From contig NW_024704742.1 of assembly GCF_018977255.1 (NCBI RefSeq), positions 87,298,001-87,362,000 on the forward strand: a stretch of 64,000 nucleotides of DNA, in the 5' to 3' direction. Under the pieces are notes generated by a model. The model was not told the origin of the DNA. It saw nothing but the letters and a program-made list of their open reading frames with translations, and did no database searches. Shown piece after piece: positions 40,894-52,805 of the stretch. Origin of the DNA: Callorhinchus milii (taxonomy: Eukaryota). Position numbers and translations under genes: made by a program. Each line of letters starts with the position of its first letter. The stretch's first letter is position 1.

Positions 40894-41891
40894 TTTTCTC
40901 TGTGTGCGTGAAAGTATGCCTATATGTCAGTGTGTCTGTTTTTTTTAAATGTGTATGATCCTTACATGTATGCATGTATACACGTGTACGTGTATAAATT
41001 CTGTGCTCTGAGAATGTGGGACCAGTGTATGAAAGTACAGAATTTCTAAAGTGTAGGAATTTGTTAAGCTGCTTGAAATGTAAGCAGTTCATTCTCCAGG
41101 TCAATGCATAATTATCTCAGTCATTTTGCAGTATTAATTCAACTGTTTAACACACTCTCATCTTTGTTCCTTGTGAGTTATTGAACTGACAAGCATCAAT
41201 AAATAAATCAAAGTCAAATCTTTCCCATATCAAAGGAAATTATTCTCTTGTTTGGTTCAAAGTTGTAGGCTTGTGGTTTGTGGATGACCAGAGCACTGAC
41301 TAATGTTCCAGATCAGGGCTGTTTCTCAATGACCTCACAAGATTCACAAGATCACAAGGTTCCATCAGCTGTATGGTTAATGCAACACGGGAAACCGGAC
41401 CACATGTATCTTGGGACCTGTGGTGATGCAAGTTTGGCATCCATAACTGCGCACGTGAAACACAGCTTGGGCCGAGCATAAGAATGACAACAAGAGGCAT
41501 AAGATTGAATAAAACGTATTGAAAGTGCAGCCAAAAGGTTAAATCATGAAAAGGAAGTCTGGCCCAACTTCTCAGTACAAAATACAATAATGTATCTCCT
41601 ACTTGCTTGTCTGCAGCGTCACCCAGTGGATGTTTGTGGAATGATTTGCAGAGCTAATGTCGTCCAAAACTTGACGACTGTCATCAGTACAAGTACCCGA
41701 TCAGCACACAGTTAATGAAAATGAAACCCAATTTTTCGCTGAACAGTGCTCGGATGGAACACCAGTGTGAAACTGTAATCACCACACAAACCCCCACACT
41801 CGTGGCAGAGATTACCTGTAAGGTGGTTCAGTTTGATAAGCGAGGTTTGTGTTTCAGTCATTTACTTATATCATAATTTATTCTCTTTAAG

Positions 41892-41972
41892 ATTGAAAAA
41901 GTCCTTCAGCAGGGAGACATTGGAGAATGTGCTGAACCGTATCTTGTGATGAAAGAGAGTGATTCTGCAAAG
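41892..41972 (+). CDS. DOCK8: DOCK8 exon 10 ([27 protein letters not shown])
   Basis: tttaag|...AAG|gtaact; 81 nt. Confidence 0.96.
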
Positions 41973-42584
41973 GTAACTTATTTCTGTAAATCTCTTTCCG
42001 CTTTCTGGTAAATGTTCAGTTTTCTCAATCCTTCCCTCTGCCTTTCCTCTTGACAGAGAGTGTGTAACCCCCTAGCCATTCTCAGTCATTTATATTTATC
42101 TTGCTCCGAAAGCCAGTGTGGGCTGAATGTCCTCTATCTGTGCTGTAAATTTCTGTGATTCAATGATGTTTTTTCTCACAGGTCAATGCCCTGAACTTTA
42201 CGCATCTCTGAGGTCCCTTGCTTAGGTGCTTAGGTGCCTGCCAGTGTGCAGAGGGCAGACTCCTGAGAGTTGCATGTTCACTTCCAGAACTTCACACAAT
42301 GCTTCAAGTGATTGATGCTTAACTTCCTCAGAAACACTGGATAGATTTATCAGGCATGGCAAAAGCCTGCCTTCACTAAATCTATCTGCACACTTGTATC
42401 ATATTCCCCAAATGTCTTTTAGTTGCCTTATTGAGGACGTTTTTTTTCCTCCTGTATTGTTTGCTAGTAAAGTCAGCTTTTGGTCCTGTAATTTCCAGGG
42501 CCGTGTGTATTGACTCTAATACAACCATAGATTGATTAAGCACACTAATGCATTCTGTTCTAAATGTTACTTGGTATTTTTCAG

Positions 42585-42744
42585 AACAAGGATAAAATTG
42601 AGAAGCTGAAAAGTCAGGCTGAGTCATTCTGCCAACGCCTGGGGAAGTACCGCATGCCCTTTGCCTGGGCTAACATAAACCTGATGAATCTGGTCTCTAC
42701 AGCAACGGTTGACCGGGATTCACCAGAGGTTGAGAACAACAATG
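42585..42744 (+). CDS. DOCK8: DOCK8 exon 11 ([53 protein letters not shown])
   Basis: tttcag|...G|gtaata; 160 nt; visible in ORF 42564..43097. Confidence 0.96.
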
Positions 42745-42915
42745 GTAATATTGTCCTAAATATATTCTGGTATATACATTTGAATCAGATTTTTTTGGCA
42801 ATTTCCCTCTTCCCTCCACCCCACCCATCGCTCCCCCCCCCCCCCCCCCCCGCCCCCAACACACACACTTCAATAACTTGCCTTTTATTTTTCCTCTTTT
42901 ATGTAATGCTCAAAG

Positions 42916-43052
42916 GTAAAGGGAATTTAGGAGATCGAAAATATCTCTTGCAAGCGAGACGACTTTCTGAGAGGTCAGGAGGTACAGAGGACCAGTGCAA
43001 TCTGCCCTATTTCAAAACAACCCCCTATACCGTCAACACCTTCTATAAGCAG
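42916..43052 (+). CDS. DOCK8: DOCK8 exon 12 ([46 protein letters not shown])
   Basis: caaag|...CAG|gtatgc; 137 nt; RRLSER and F.KQ motifs. Confidence 0.93.
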
Positions 43053-44195
43053 GTATGCATCACTGTGTGTGCCCACTTGTATGTTTTACTAGTGTAAAGG
43101 TTCTTATTAAAATAATAATAATAATTATTGAGAGTAAAGAGTGTTTCCTCCTTTTGAGCAACACTGAATTACATTGGGATATTGTCCCATGGTGGCTCAG
43201 TCGGTCGTACTCTCGTCTCTAGGTCAAGAAGATTGGATTGCAAGCATCTTGTCAGGACTTTGAGCTCACAGTTGAGGGAAATGCTGGATTGTCTGAATAA
43301 ACAACTGTTTGAACCCCCCCCCCAAATAATGTCTAGAAAATTGTGAGGTGAAATCCTGTACACCCTCCTATCTCCACCCTCCCTGCCCTCCACCCCTCCT
43401 GATCCCAACCACCAGCTCAGGTGTAGATCCCTGACTGTCCAGCTCCTTGGGATGTCGTCCTGACGTGAAGTGCACTATACAAATGTGATTTGTTGTTGTG
43501 GTTGCTCCTAATTACACAGATGTTCCAAGAGAAATATATTTAATAATAATAATACAATAATAATCTTTGTATTTGATATAGCACTTTATCATGTCATTGA
43601 GATGTCTCAAAGCGCTTCACAGGATATACTGTAAAGTAATTTGTATATTCTGTGGACAAAATGCAACAGCCAGTTTGCACACTGCAATGTCCCACAAGTG
43701 GGTAATGAATTTGATTTGAAGGATTGTTGGCTAAGACACTGAGAGAAACTCTTTTCGCATCATGCTATAGGATCTTTAACCTTTAACCGGACCAGGCAGA
43801 CAAGACCTTGGGTTAACATCTCATCCCGAAGAATAGCATCTCCAAGAATGCATCCCCCCACCCCTCTCCAGCACTGCATTGGAGTGTCAGCTTAGACTAT
43901 GTGATTCTACGTCCCAAAGCGGGGCTTGAGCCCACAACCTTCTGACTCTGAGGCGAGAGAGTTAAATAGTAGTGTGTATCCTGTTAACGCCAGAAGCAAT
44001 TTAGCACTGGTGTTAAAAGCTTCAGACCTGGGTGAACTCTGCTTCAGGAAAAACTGTGCTGCCTTAGGTCAGCATGAGATTCAAGAGTTTGGCTGGAAAA
44101 TTACACTTTTTAAACCTCATTCCACATTTTGTCCCATTGTTCAGATATCCTCAGCTAGGCCAAGGGTGTTGAGTTTGTCTTCTTAATGTTTGCAG

Positions 44196-44289
44196 GAAGG
44201 TGAGAAGCTAAGCGACGAAGATTTGCTGAAGTTTTTGGCTGAACTGAAGAGATCTAGTGCTTCACTGAGACGGCTGCGATTGATATCAG
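44196..44289 (+). CDS. DOCK8: DOCK8 exon 13 (EGEKLSDEDLLKFLAELKRSSASLRRLRLIS)
   Basis: ttgcag|...G|gtaaga; 94 nt. Confidence 0.96.
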
Positions 44290-45286
44290 GTAAGAGTTCT
44301 GTTTTGTTCAGGTTTTAAGATTATTTTAAGAACAAACCTAGAGAATATATTAAATACAGGTGATAGGGGTGAATGAATTCACAACTTGGTTGGATTAACT
44401 TACTTGATGATTTGATTCACTACCAATATTTTGGTTTCCCTTCAAAAACACAACTGGCGACCAACAACAACAACTTGCATTTATATAGCGTCTTCACATG
44501 GGGTAGCTTCTCGGAGCTACCATATGTAGAGCAGCACTTCTCACTCACTCACATCGATGTTCTCACTTTTGTAACATCTGGAGAGATGTTTGTGCAGTCT
44601 CAGGGGGTTTGGGGTGGGGTGGGGGCAATGGGACAGGAAGGGGAAGATAGTATCCATAGTGTCCCTTATGCCCTGCAATTTGACTTTGTAGTGGTGATGG
44701 TACAAACAATCAATCATTCAGCAAGCTCCTTACCATAGTTGAAACAGCTCTGCTCATTTAGTTTCTTATTCTAATAATTTATTTTATATATTAATCTAAA
44801 TTATATATGCTTGGCAGGCACTGGCCTGCTTCACGTCTCTCTCCTTGCCCGCTCCACCATCAGCGGTCAGGCATTCAGCCTCTCTGTCCCCACTCTCTGG
44901 AGCTCCATCCCTGAGTCCCTTCGCCTCACCACTTCCCTCACTTCCTTCTCAAGACCTTCCACTTTGACTGCACCTTTGGTCAAACTTCCGTTACCCCCCC
45001 CCACACACACACTTCTGCCTCAATTAGCCCTCACCCCTCCCAAATCCAACCCCAGCTGTGGTTCAAACCCTCAACTGTCCAGCCCTTCGGGAGGTCCTCT
45101 CAACATGAAAGGGACCATGTAAATCCAATTTGCTGTTGTGGTTGTTGTTGTTGTCAATCCCTCCCTCTGATTTTTCTCACCATATACCATGTGTGATACG
45201 CAGTGTATCAGGTATATCTACGGTTGACTTGCTTGCAACCTGTGTGTTCTTTGTCGTCCTATCTGATTTTGCCGACTGTGTTTCAG

Positions 45287-45449
45287 GTCAAGTAAAGCTG
45301 GAAATCTCTCCGGCTCCAGAGAACCCTACATTCTGCCTTACACCTGAACTGTTACCCGTCAACCAGCAACCTGAAAACCGTAGCCGAGTAATAAAAGAAA
45401 TCCTGGAGTTCCCCTCTCGAGAAGTCTACGTTCCTCACACCTCCTACAG
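45287..45449 (+). CDS. DOCK8: DOCK8 exon 14 ([25 protein letters not shown]...[19 protein letters not shown])
   Basis: tttcag|...AG|gtaagt; 163 nt; ends just before the DHR-1 NLLYVYP exon, which I did not find in the window. Confidence 0.96.
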
Positions 45450-46095
45450 GTAAGTGGTCAATGTGAAACGGTTTGAAGAGACTTTGAAAATAGCTTTATT
45501 ATAAAAAAATAGACATAGAACTTGTCCAGCGGCTAGGAATTTCTGCCTGTGACTGCACGGAGGGTGAAGCTGCACAGTTAATTCTAAGCTTCTAATTGCT
45601 ACAGATAGGCAGTGATGATACTTATTGTACAGTACGATGTCAGCTCTGGCTCTCAGTGGTGTGAAGCCTAAAGTATGTGATGGATTAAACGTGATTCAGC
45701 ACAGAATCCTGAGGCAGATGGAATTTTTTTCTTTCGCTGTGTTGCCTTCCAGTCAATCATCGTGCTTGATGTGTGCACTTACAGATGTAACCACAAGAGG
45801 GAGCGTTTATCCTATTTGCAGTTGTACATTTTATGGACCCTTGGATTTGGCTGTGGTGGTAACTTACATTGTGAAGCAATAATAATAATAATAAAATAAT
45901 AATGATAAGAATCCTTGCATTTGATAAAGCACCTTATTGCATCTCAAAGCACTTCACAGGATAAACTGTAAAGTGCAGTGATTTTGTATATTGAGAGAAG
46001 GTATGAAATCTTTAAAGAAGGTGACATTTCACCCATCGAGTTAGTTATTAGTTCTAGTTATTACATCTTTATCTTTCTAATCATTTCTAATTTCT

Positions 46096-46101
46096 TTTAT
46101 T
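46096..46101 (-). promoter_or_regulatory. Candidate polyadenylation signal (AATAAA) of the nested ANGPTL-like gene
   Basis: First AATAAA I noticed on the - strand, about 480 nt after the stop; motif only. Confidence 0.3.
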
Positions 46102-46580
46102 TCTCAATACAAAATACAAGGATTATTAACATCCTTACTTTCAAGTACCCATTTACTCTTAAACCCATTTACATCTCTCTTAAACCCCTCCATTGATGTT
46201 TCTTCCAATGGGGCAGCTCATCCACAATTGAAAGCAATAACTGTAAAAAGGAAGGCCTCACAGTGAGTGGCTTAACAGATAATAAGTGGCAATGTGTATA
46301 GCTATCCCTGTTGGAGGAATGATAATGGAAGCTGACTTTTTATATAAAAAAATTAGATAATCTTGTGCCTGTTTAAATATTGACAAAAGCGACATAAGCA
46401 TGGTGTGTAGATATGAAGTAAACATTGGGCTTTTCAAATAGGGGCAATCTTATTGTAGTGTGGCCAATAGCAGGAACAGAGTAAAGCTCAAGGACTGTAA
46501 CTGTATGCACACCCACTTGTGTTTTTGTCCGTAAGGTCGTGAAATGCTTTGTCAGTTTCATTAAAGTACAGGACGTGCTT

Positions 46581-46756
46581 TTAGTTCAGACTTGTGGCCG
46601 GCCTGACCATTAGTAATGTGGATTTGAAAGAGTAATAACTGCTTTTCCAAGTCTTCCATAATATTCCTTTCTTCCGATCTGGTCTCCGTGCAATTCTAGT
46701 GCTAAAATATTTCCCGTTCAGGTTGGCTTCTCCACAGGCGCTGAACCACCACCCTC
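46581..46756 (-). CDS. Nested ANGPTL-like gene, last exon 7 (GGWWFSACGEANLNGKYFSTRIARRPDRKKGILWKTWKSSYYSFKSTLLMVRPATSLN*)
   Basis: ttttcatag|GA GGG TGG TGG; TAA at 46581-46583; GGWW...C...NLNG.Y terminus of the fibrinogen-like domain. Confidence 0.95.
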
Positions 46757-47347
46757 CTATGAAAAGAGAATGGTACAATAGGTTTCACAACAAAATAATA
46801 CGATACAAATTTACATATACACAGCGGCTTTCACACCTGGAGGATGTCCCAAGGTGCTTAATAGCCTTGGCATGTACTTGAGCTGAGGGTGGGAGCTTTT
46901 GAGATGAGGAGTGGAAGGATGACCAAAAGCAAGCTCAAGGTGGTAGGTATTGAATGAGGTGAGTGAGGGAAAGAGTGGGAGGGACCGTGAGATGGAGTTT
47001 CAGTGAGTGGGGGCAGATAGGCTGGAAACCCGACTGCCTATGGTGGGCGGGTAGGCAGGGGGGCAGACGGAGGCTGGTGCCCGCTGAGCAAAGCAAGCAG
47101 CTGGGTTGAGGAGGTCACAGAAGTAAGGTTAGGCAAGACTGTAGAAGGATTTAAAAGTGATAACAAAGTGTGTCAGTGTGACCTATAAGTTCAAGTCCCA
47201 GTGTGTTTGAATACTGAGATGCAACGAACGCTGATGAGATCTCTACTCAGCAAGAAAGAAATGAAAAACCTCCCACACACTGATTATGCCAGAGTTGCTG
47301 TTGGTATCAATGGCTACTGGTATTGTTTGTAGTTTACAGTAGAATAC

Positions 47348-47623
47348 CTGAATGTTTCTGGGCGCAGTTTATGGCACTGTGGAGGTCATTGTCTCGATCA
47401 CTGGTGCTGAAGGGGACGTCTTTACACTCGCTCATGGCTGATGGAAGATCTCCCGTTACCATCTGACCAATTTGTAGAGTGTAGCCGTTGTCCTCACCGC
47501 TCAGTCTAAAGGTGTACTCAATCCAGCTTGTGTTGTTCTTCCAATCCTGCAGTTTTATCTGCAGCAGGTATTTGCCCTGGCGAGCAATCTGGTAGAAATT
47601 TTCTAAACCCAGCCAGAATTCAC
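47348..47623 (-). CDS. Nested ANGPTL-like gene, exon 6 (GEFWLGLENFYQIARQGKYLLQIKLQDWKNNTSWIEYTFRLSGEDNGYTLQ...PFSTSDRDNDLHSAINCAQKHS)
   Basis: gtccag|...G|gtattc; 276 nt, open frame, phase 1-1. Confidence 0.95.
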
Positions 47624-47805
47624 CTGGACAGAAAGAGTTGATTTTATTTTGGTCAACTAAGTATCTGACACAATCGGAAACCCATCACCATGCTTAAGAG
47701 TATCCTAACCAAACAGTTCCATAATAATAATAATCCTTGCATTTGATATAGTGCCTTATCACATCTTCAAGACGTCTCAAAGCGCTTCACAGAATATACT
47801 GTAAA

Positions 47806-48121
47806 TAAATAATAATCCTTGCATTTGATATAGCGCTTTTCACGTCGGGAGGACGTCCCAAAGCGCTTCACAGAATATACTGTAAAGTGAATTGACTGTA
47901 TATTTGTGGGCGAACGCGGCAGCCAATTGCGCACAGCAATGTCCCACAAACAGTCGTAGATTGAAAATGACCAATTTATTATTGTTTTGGGTTTTTTGGA
48001 GGGATTATTATTAGGCGTGTGGAGTAAGGAAACTTGCCCAAGGTTTCGCCCTGCCTGGAATTGAACCCAGGTGTCTTGCTTGCAAAGCAAGTGCTCTAAC
48101 CACTGAGCTACAGGACTCCAC
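47806..48121 (-). mobile_element. Young tRNA-derived SINE nested in an older SINE (47722-48355), with ~28-bp target-site duplication
   Basis: Near-identical to 49945-50272; CAAAGCGCTTCACAGAATATACTGTAAA at both 47778-47805 and 48121-48148. Confidence 0.9.
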
Positions 48122-49944
48122 AAAGCGCTTCACAGAATATACTGTAAAGTGAATTGACTATACTTTGTGGGCGAAATACAGCAGCTAATTACACCCAGCA
48201 TTGTCCCACAAACAATCGTGGATTGAGTGACCAATTTATTATTTTTTTTAAACAATTATTACCCCTGGAAAAGCCAATCGACTAACAACCTGGTTCCAAC
48301 TTACTGCTATGTAAACAGAGGCGTGTGGAATAAGGAAATTTGCCCAACGTTTTGCATAGGTTTCTATGAAGAGCACTGCCTGGCAAGCTTTCCTGTTGCT
48401 TGTCCAGCTAGGACCACCTATCTGTTGGGTCTTAAGCTTGCAGGGTTAACATAATTAATTAAAGATGGAGGAGGGACAGGAATTCCATTTTGTTTTCTTT
48501 TCATCCATTTGTGCAGTTATTCAAATGTGCTTGTGAAATACTTCCATCTGGAAATGGAAGTTTCAACGAGAGGACATCAATTTAAGAGCCAAGAGAAAGG
48601 TTTTTTTTACACAGAGAGTTGTTAAGGATGTGGAAAGCACTTCTGGATGCAGCGGTTGAGGCAGAATCCATATTAGCTTTCAAGAGGGAATGGGATATAT
48701 ATTTAAAGAGGATCAATCTCCACGGGTATTTGGAAAAGGCAGGTAAATGGAACTGAATGGATAGCTCTTTCAAAGGACCAGCAAATGGGCTGAATGGCCT
48801 TCTGTACTGCAGATTTCTGTGGTTCTAAACCGCCTTATTTTTGTGTGGAAAATTTAGTCTGCTGCCAGAACTAGCAGTAATATCTGGTGTGTGTGTCCAA
48901 CTGGAGGATTCTGATCAACAAAAAAAATCATATAATCTATGTCATATAAGTTACTCATGCCACAAGCCCATGAGAGTAACTTTGCTGCAGGAGTTTTAAT
49001 AAATTATTTTGGCCACCGTGTATTTTGTTCATTGGATCTATTTTTGCTGCACTGTGCATTATCATAATAATCATCAACATCATAATTCTTTTAATTGATA
49101 TAGTGCCTTCTCATGTCGTCAAAACAGCTCATAGGGCTTCACATGATTTACTATAAAGTGTAATGACTGTAGGCAAATCAGAAATTAATGCATTAGAATG
49201 CAGGTTGCCATAATTATTGATGTTACGTGATATGTTCCATCAGATATGTTCCTTTGCTGCTGTGGTGCAAAGTGTGTCCCTTCAGTGTGTTATTCCAACT
49301 CATGCTGGCATTTGTCAAACCCTTGTTGGTGGCTTCATCTCCCTTATAAGGTGTTAAAAGTAGTTCTAGCAGTCGTATAAACCACTGAAATAATTGGATG
49401 ACATGTCGAACAGTTACATTGTACATGATGCTATTACTTCAGAGTTTTCTGTGGTGGAATTAAACCATGGAATAAAACTATGTTAAAAGAAGCCATGTGT
49501 GAATAACGAGCTGCATTAGTAACAGACTGAGGTAAAGCTTGACAAAGGCCCTCATGGCCTCTGGCATGGTGGTGCAGTTTAAGCATGGAGATTATAGTCT
49601 CCCTATTGGTAGGTCTCCCTATTGATTTAGGATGGAATTTAAACCTCTGTGTGCATTGACGGCACTGTTTATTCATTCATTCAGTCTGTGTACACTTCCT
49701 TTGATCATCACACATTTTGACGGTATAACTTTTCACTTTTCTTTAATTTGCCACTACTCCCCAAAACTCTGGAACACTCTCCCTCAATGCCACTGCCTTA
49801 GTCCCTCTCTCCCCTTTTTCAAGTCCCACCTAAAAAACCTTCCTCTTCGACCGTGCTTACGGCCAACTCCCCCTGCCCCCAGCTTGGAGTCAGGCTCCAC
49901 CACTTTTAAGCTCTCTGCGTGGAGGGCGTTATATAAGTGCAAGT

Positions 49945-50272
49945 GTGGAGTCCTGTAGCTCAGTGGTTAGAGCACTCGCTTTGCAAGCGAGAGACCTGAG
50001 TTCAATTCCAGGCAGGTCAGGGCGAAACCTTGGGCAAGTTTCCTTACTCCACACGCCTAATAATAATCCCTCCAAAAACAAAAACAATAATAAATTGGTC
50101 ATTTTCAATCTACGACTACTTGTGGGACATTGCTGTGCGCAATTGGCTGCCGCGTTCGCCCACAAATATACAGTCAATTCACTTTACAGTGTGTTCTGTG
50201 AAGCACTTTGGGACGTCCTCTCGTCGTGAAAAGCGCTATATCAAATGCAAGGATTATTATTTTTATTATTTT
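49945..50272 (+). mobile_element. Full-length young tRNA-derived SINE (internal-deletion subfamily)
   Basis: Head GTGGAGTCCTGTAGCTCAGTGGTTAGAGCAC (A box)...GTTCAATTCC (B box); L2-like 3' end AAGCGCTATATCAAATGCAAGG(ATT)n. Confidence 0.92.
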
Positions 50273-50709
50273 AAGTTGTTGTTGTTGATTGGGGGACATC
50301 TACAGTTAGTTGCTGGTGAAAGATGAAGATTCCAGCAGTGAGAAAGAGGTTTGCAATTGATGAAACAGCAATCTCTCACTAGAATTCCTATCTCCAATTT
50401 CTAGGAGGGTCCAGTTTCAAATGCTTTTTACTGAACTCTGACACCAGGTGCCGAGAGTACAATCAGTTTATAGCAAGTGGTGAGCACTCCCATGATAGTT
50501 ATTAAATCATAATTATGACTGAGGAGCTGACAATGAAGGGCCTGTTTTAAGAAGGTGATCAATTCGCTAATCTCATTTTACTTTTAGCCATATATTTAAT
50601 GAGGAAACCTTTAGAAATAAAATTTATTAAAATAAAATTGTCTTGTTAATAGTTGAACGTTATGAAAGTAAAATTACAGTACCCGGTGTGTTTAGTGCCA
50701 GAGTCTTAC

Positions 50710-50805
50710 CACTTAAGTCTCCAAATCCAGTTTTATAATCCAGCCACGGTCGATCAAAGTCCTCAGAGCCATCAATTCGCCGCTGGATCATAGTCCATCC
50801 AGACT
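50710..50805 (-). CDS. Nested ANGPTL-like gene, exon 5 (ESGWTMIQRRIDGSEDFDRPWLDYKTGFGDLS)
   Basis: tcacag|...G|gtaaga; 96 nt as recalled for ANGPTL3/4 exon 5; GWT.IQRR.DGS.DF motif. Confidence 0.95.
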
Positions 50806-52357
50806 CTGTGAGAGTGAGAGAAATCAGCACATGCTTTAGACCAGAGATTGTAGAGTGGCTGTTCACAACTGTTCTATTTTTGGTCAGCTGAATGCCTGAG
50901 ACATGCAGAACCCCATCGCCATGCTTAAGAATATCCAAACCAAACTGAGAATTACATGCATCCAACCTACACAAACTGCTCTTAGAAGATTATATTAATT
51001 AATAAATAATTAATAATAAACCTTACATTTGATGCAGGGCCTTTCACATCAAGAGGCAGCTTCACAAGATTTACTGTAAAATGCAGTGACTGGGTTTTAG
51101 GAAAAACTGAGCAGCAAAAATTATGTAATTATTTTACTTTTAAGTTGCTTGTAAATGCTCATGATACAAGTCTTCAGTCTACGTAGGTCTCATTCTTTCC
51201 ACTGCTTTACTACTTCCAAATCCATTTGACCTCTGAGTAACTGTCGATAGGTTTTGTTCCAGTCATTCTCTCATACTCACGCAAGTCACAATTCTGCTGT
51301 CTTAAAATAATTTTTCATTCATTTCATTCAGATCATCCCATTAAAACAACTGCTCTTCAATGTGCAGCCAATTACTGTTAGCCCATCCGATCTCATCCTT
51401 CCCTGCCATCCCCACATCACAGCATCAAGCTGATTTTTAAATGAGTCCAGTGACTTGGCCTCTACCATCCTTCCTGCCAACCTGTTTCAGTCATTAATTA
51501 CTCTGGGTAAAGAAAAACTTCCTGGTGTCTGTCCTGAAATGGCCCTTTACAACTCTAAACTATGTCCTCTTGTTCTACTGTCTTGATGCAACTTTGTGGA
51601 GTCCTGTAGCTCAGTGGTGAGAGCACTTGCTTTGCAAGCGAGAGACCTGGGTTCGATTCCCGGCAGGGTGAAAATAATAATCCCTCAAAAATGTTTTCTT
51701 TGTCATTTTCAATCCACGACTGTTTGTGGGACACTGCTGAGCGCAATTGGCTGCTGCATCTCGCCCACACATATATACAGTCAATTCACTTTACAGTCTA
51801 TTCTGTGAAGCTCTTTGAGACGTCTAGAAGACGTGAAAAGCGCTATATCAAATGCAAGGATTATCATTACTATTGTAGTATTGATCTGGTTTTACGTTTT
51901 AAACCCTATTTAAAAATAGGGGAGTAGTCTTCTCTCAAGAATGAAGAGCCCTGGGGTAATTTGTGCTCTGTGTAAGAACAGGTTTCAAGCCCCACATCAG
52001 GAATTTGAGCTGACAGTCCAGGCTGACACGCCAATGCTGGGAGAGCACAGCTTTGTTGAACAGGTAGACACTAAACTGAGGTCCTGTCTGCCTGTTCAGT
52101 GGATATTAAAGAGCCTATGGCACTAGTCAAAAGGGAGTTTCTCCCAATGTTCTGGCCAAATTCTGCCAATGGTTTTTCACTTCATGGCTGTTTGTGGGAT
52201 ATTGTTGCGTGCAAATTGGCTGCTGCATTCACCTACAATTTCAAAGTCACTAATCTCTGGATCACTTTGAGATGTTTTGATGTGATAAGGAGGTATATCA
52301 AATGCAAGAATTGTCATAATATTATTTCCAACTTTGCGATGACATATTGAAACTAAC

Positions 52358-52462
52358 CTGGAGTCATTTGGCAATAGGTTTTAAAAGGCTGCGATCCTTT
52401 TGGCTGTATGCTGTAAATGCCACTAGTTCTTTCGCCCCTCCTGAAAATCTGTTGGCAGTCAC
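52358..52462 (-). CDS. Nested ANGPTL-like gene, exon 4 (DCQQIFRRGERTSGIYSIQPKGSQPFKTYCQMTP)
   Basis: gtacag|...G|gttagt; 105 nt, phase 1-1; start of fibrinogen C-terminal domain (DC...G..SG.Y.I.P...F..YC.M). Confidence 0.93.
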
Positions 52463-52805
52463 CTGTACCATGTGAAAATATTTAAATGGTATAATTGAAC
52501 CAGTCTCTGAAGTAATACTTAATCAGCTGTTAAACTATCTCTTTGTTTTGTTACCCTATTTGCAGCTCTGGAGGCTGGGGGGGGGGGGGGGGCGGAATTG
52601 GTGTAACTGAGGGTGTCTCTGGTGTGGGCTGCCTGTGCTACACACACCTTGTGTTGCCCCGGTGCTGTTTTTTTAGTGCAATGACTTATTGGATACAACT
52701 GTGTTGCCAACATGGTGCTGCTATTCACATATGCTAACCCAATGAAAATACCCATCGTTGCACGAGTGCTCTGCTGAAAACTGCACGGAATCAGGGCAAC
52801 AGCAA

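Noticed and set aside
33061..45449. Calling the host DOCK7 or DOCK6 because it contains an ANGPTL gene
   Set aside because: Exon 2-6 residues and exon sizes fit recalled DOCK8 (SSAE.R.Q, LGDF.DDDL, CVQTY, NRKNQGS) rather than DOCK7 (LIEFPPDDI, CIRSY). A phylogeny is still advisable.
49945..50015. tRNA-like sequences (also at 51596, 57095, 25905, 29025 and others)
   Set aside because: They are SINE heads: A/B boxes run straight into SINE body and tail, with no proper acceptor-stem 3' half.
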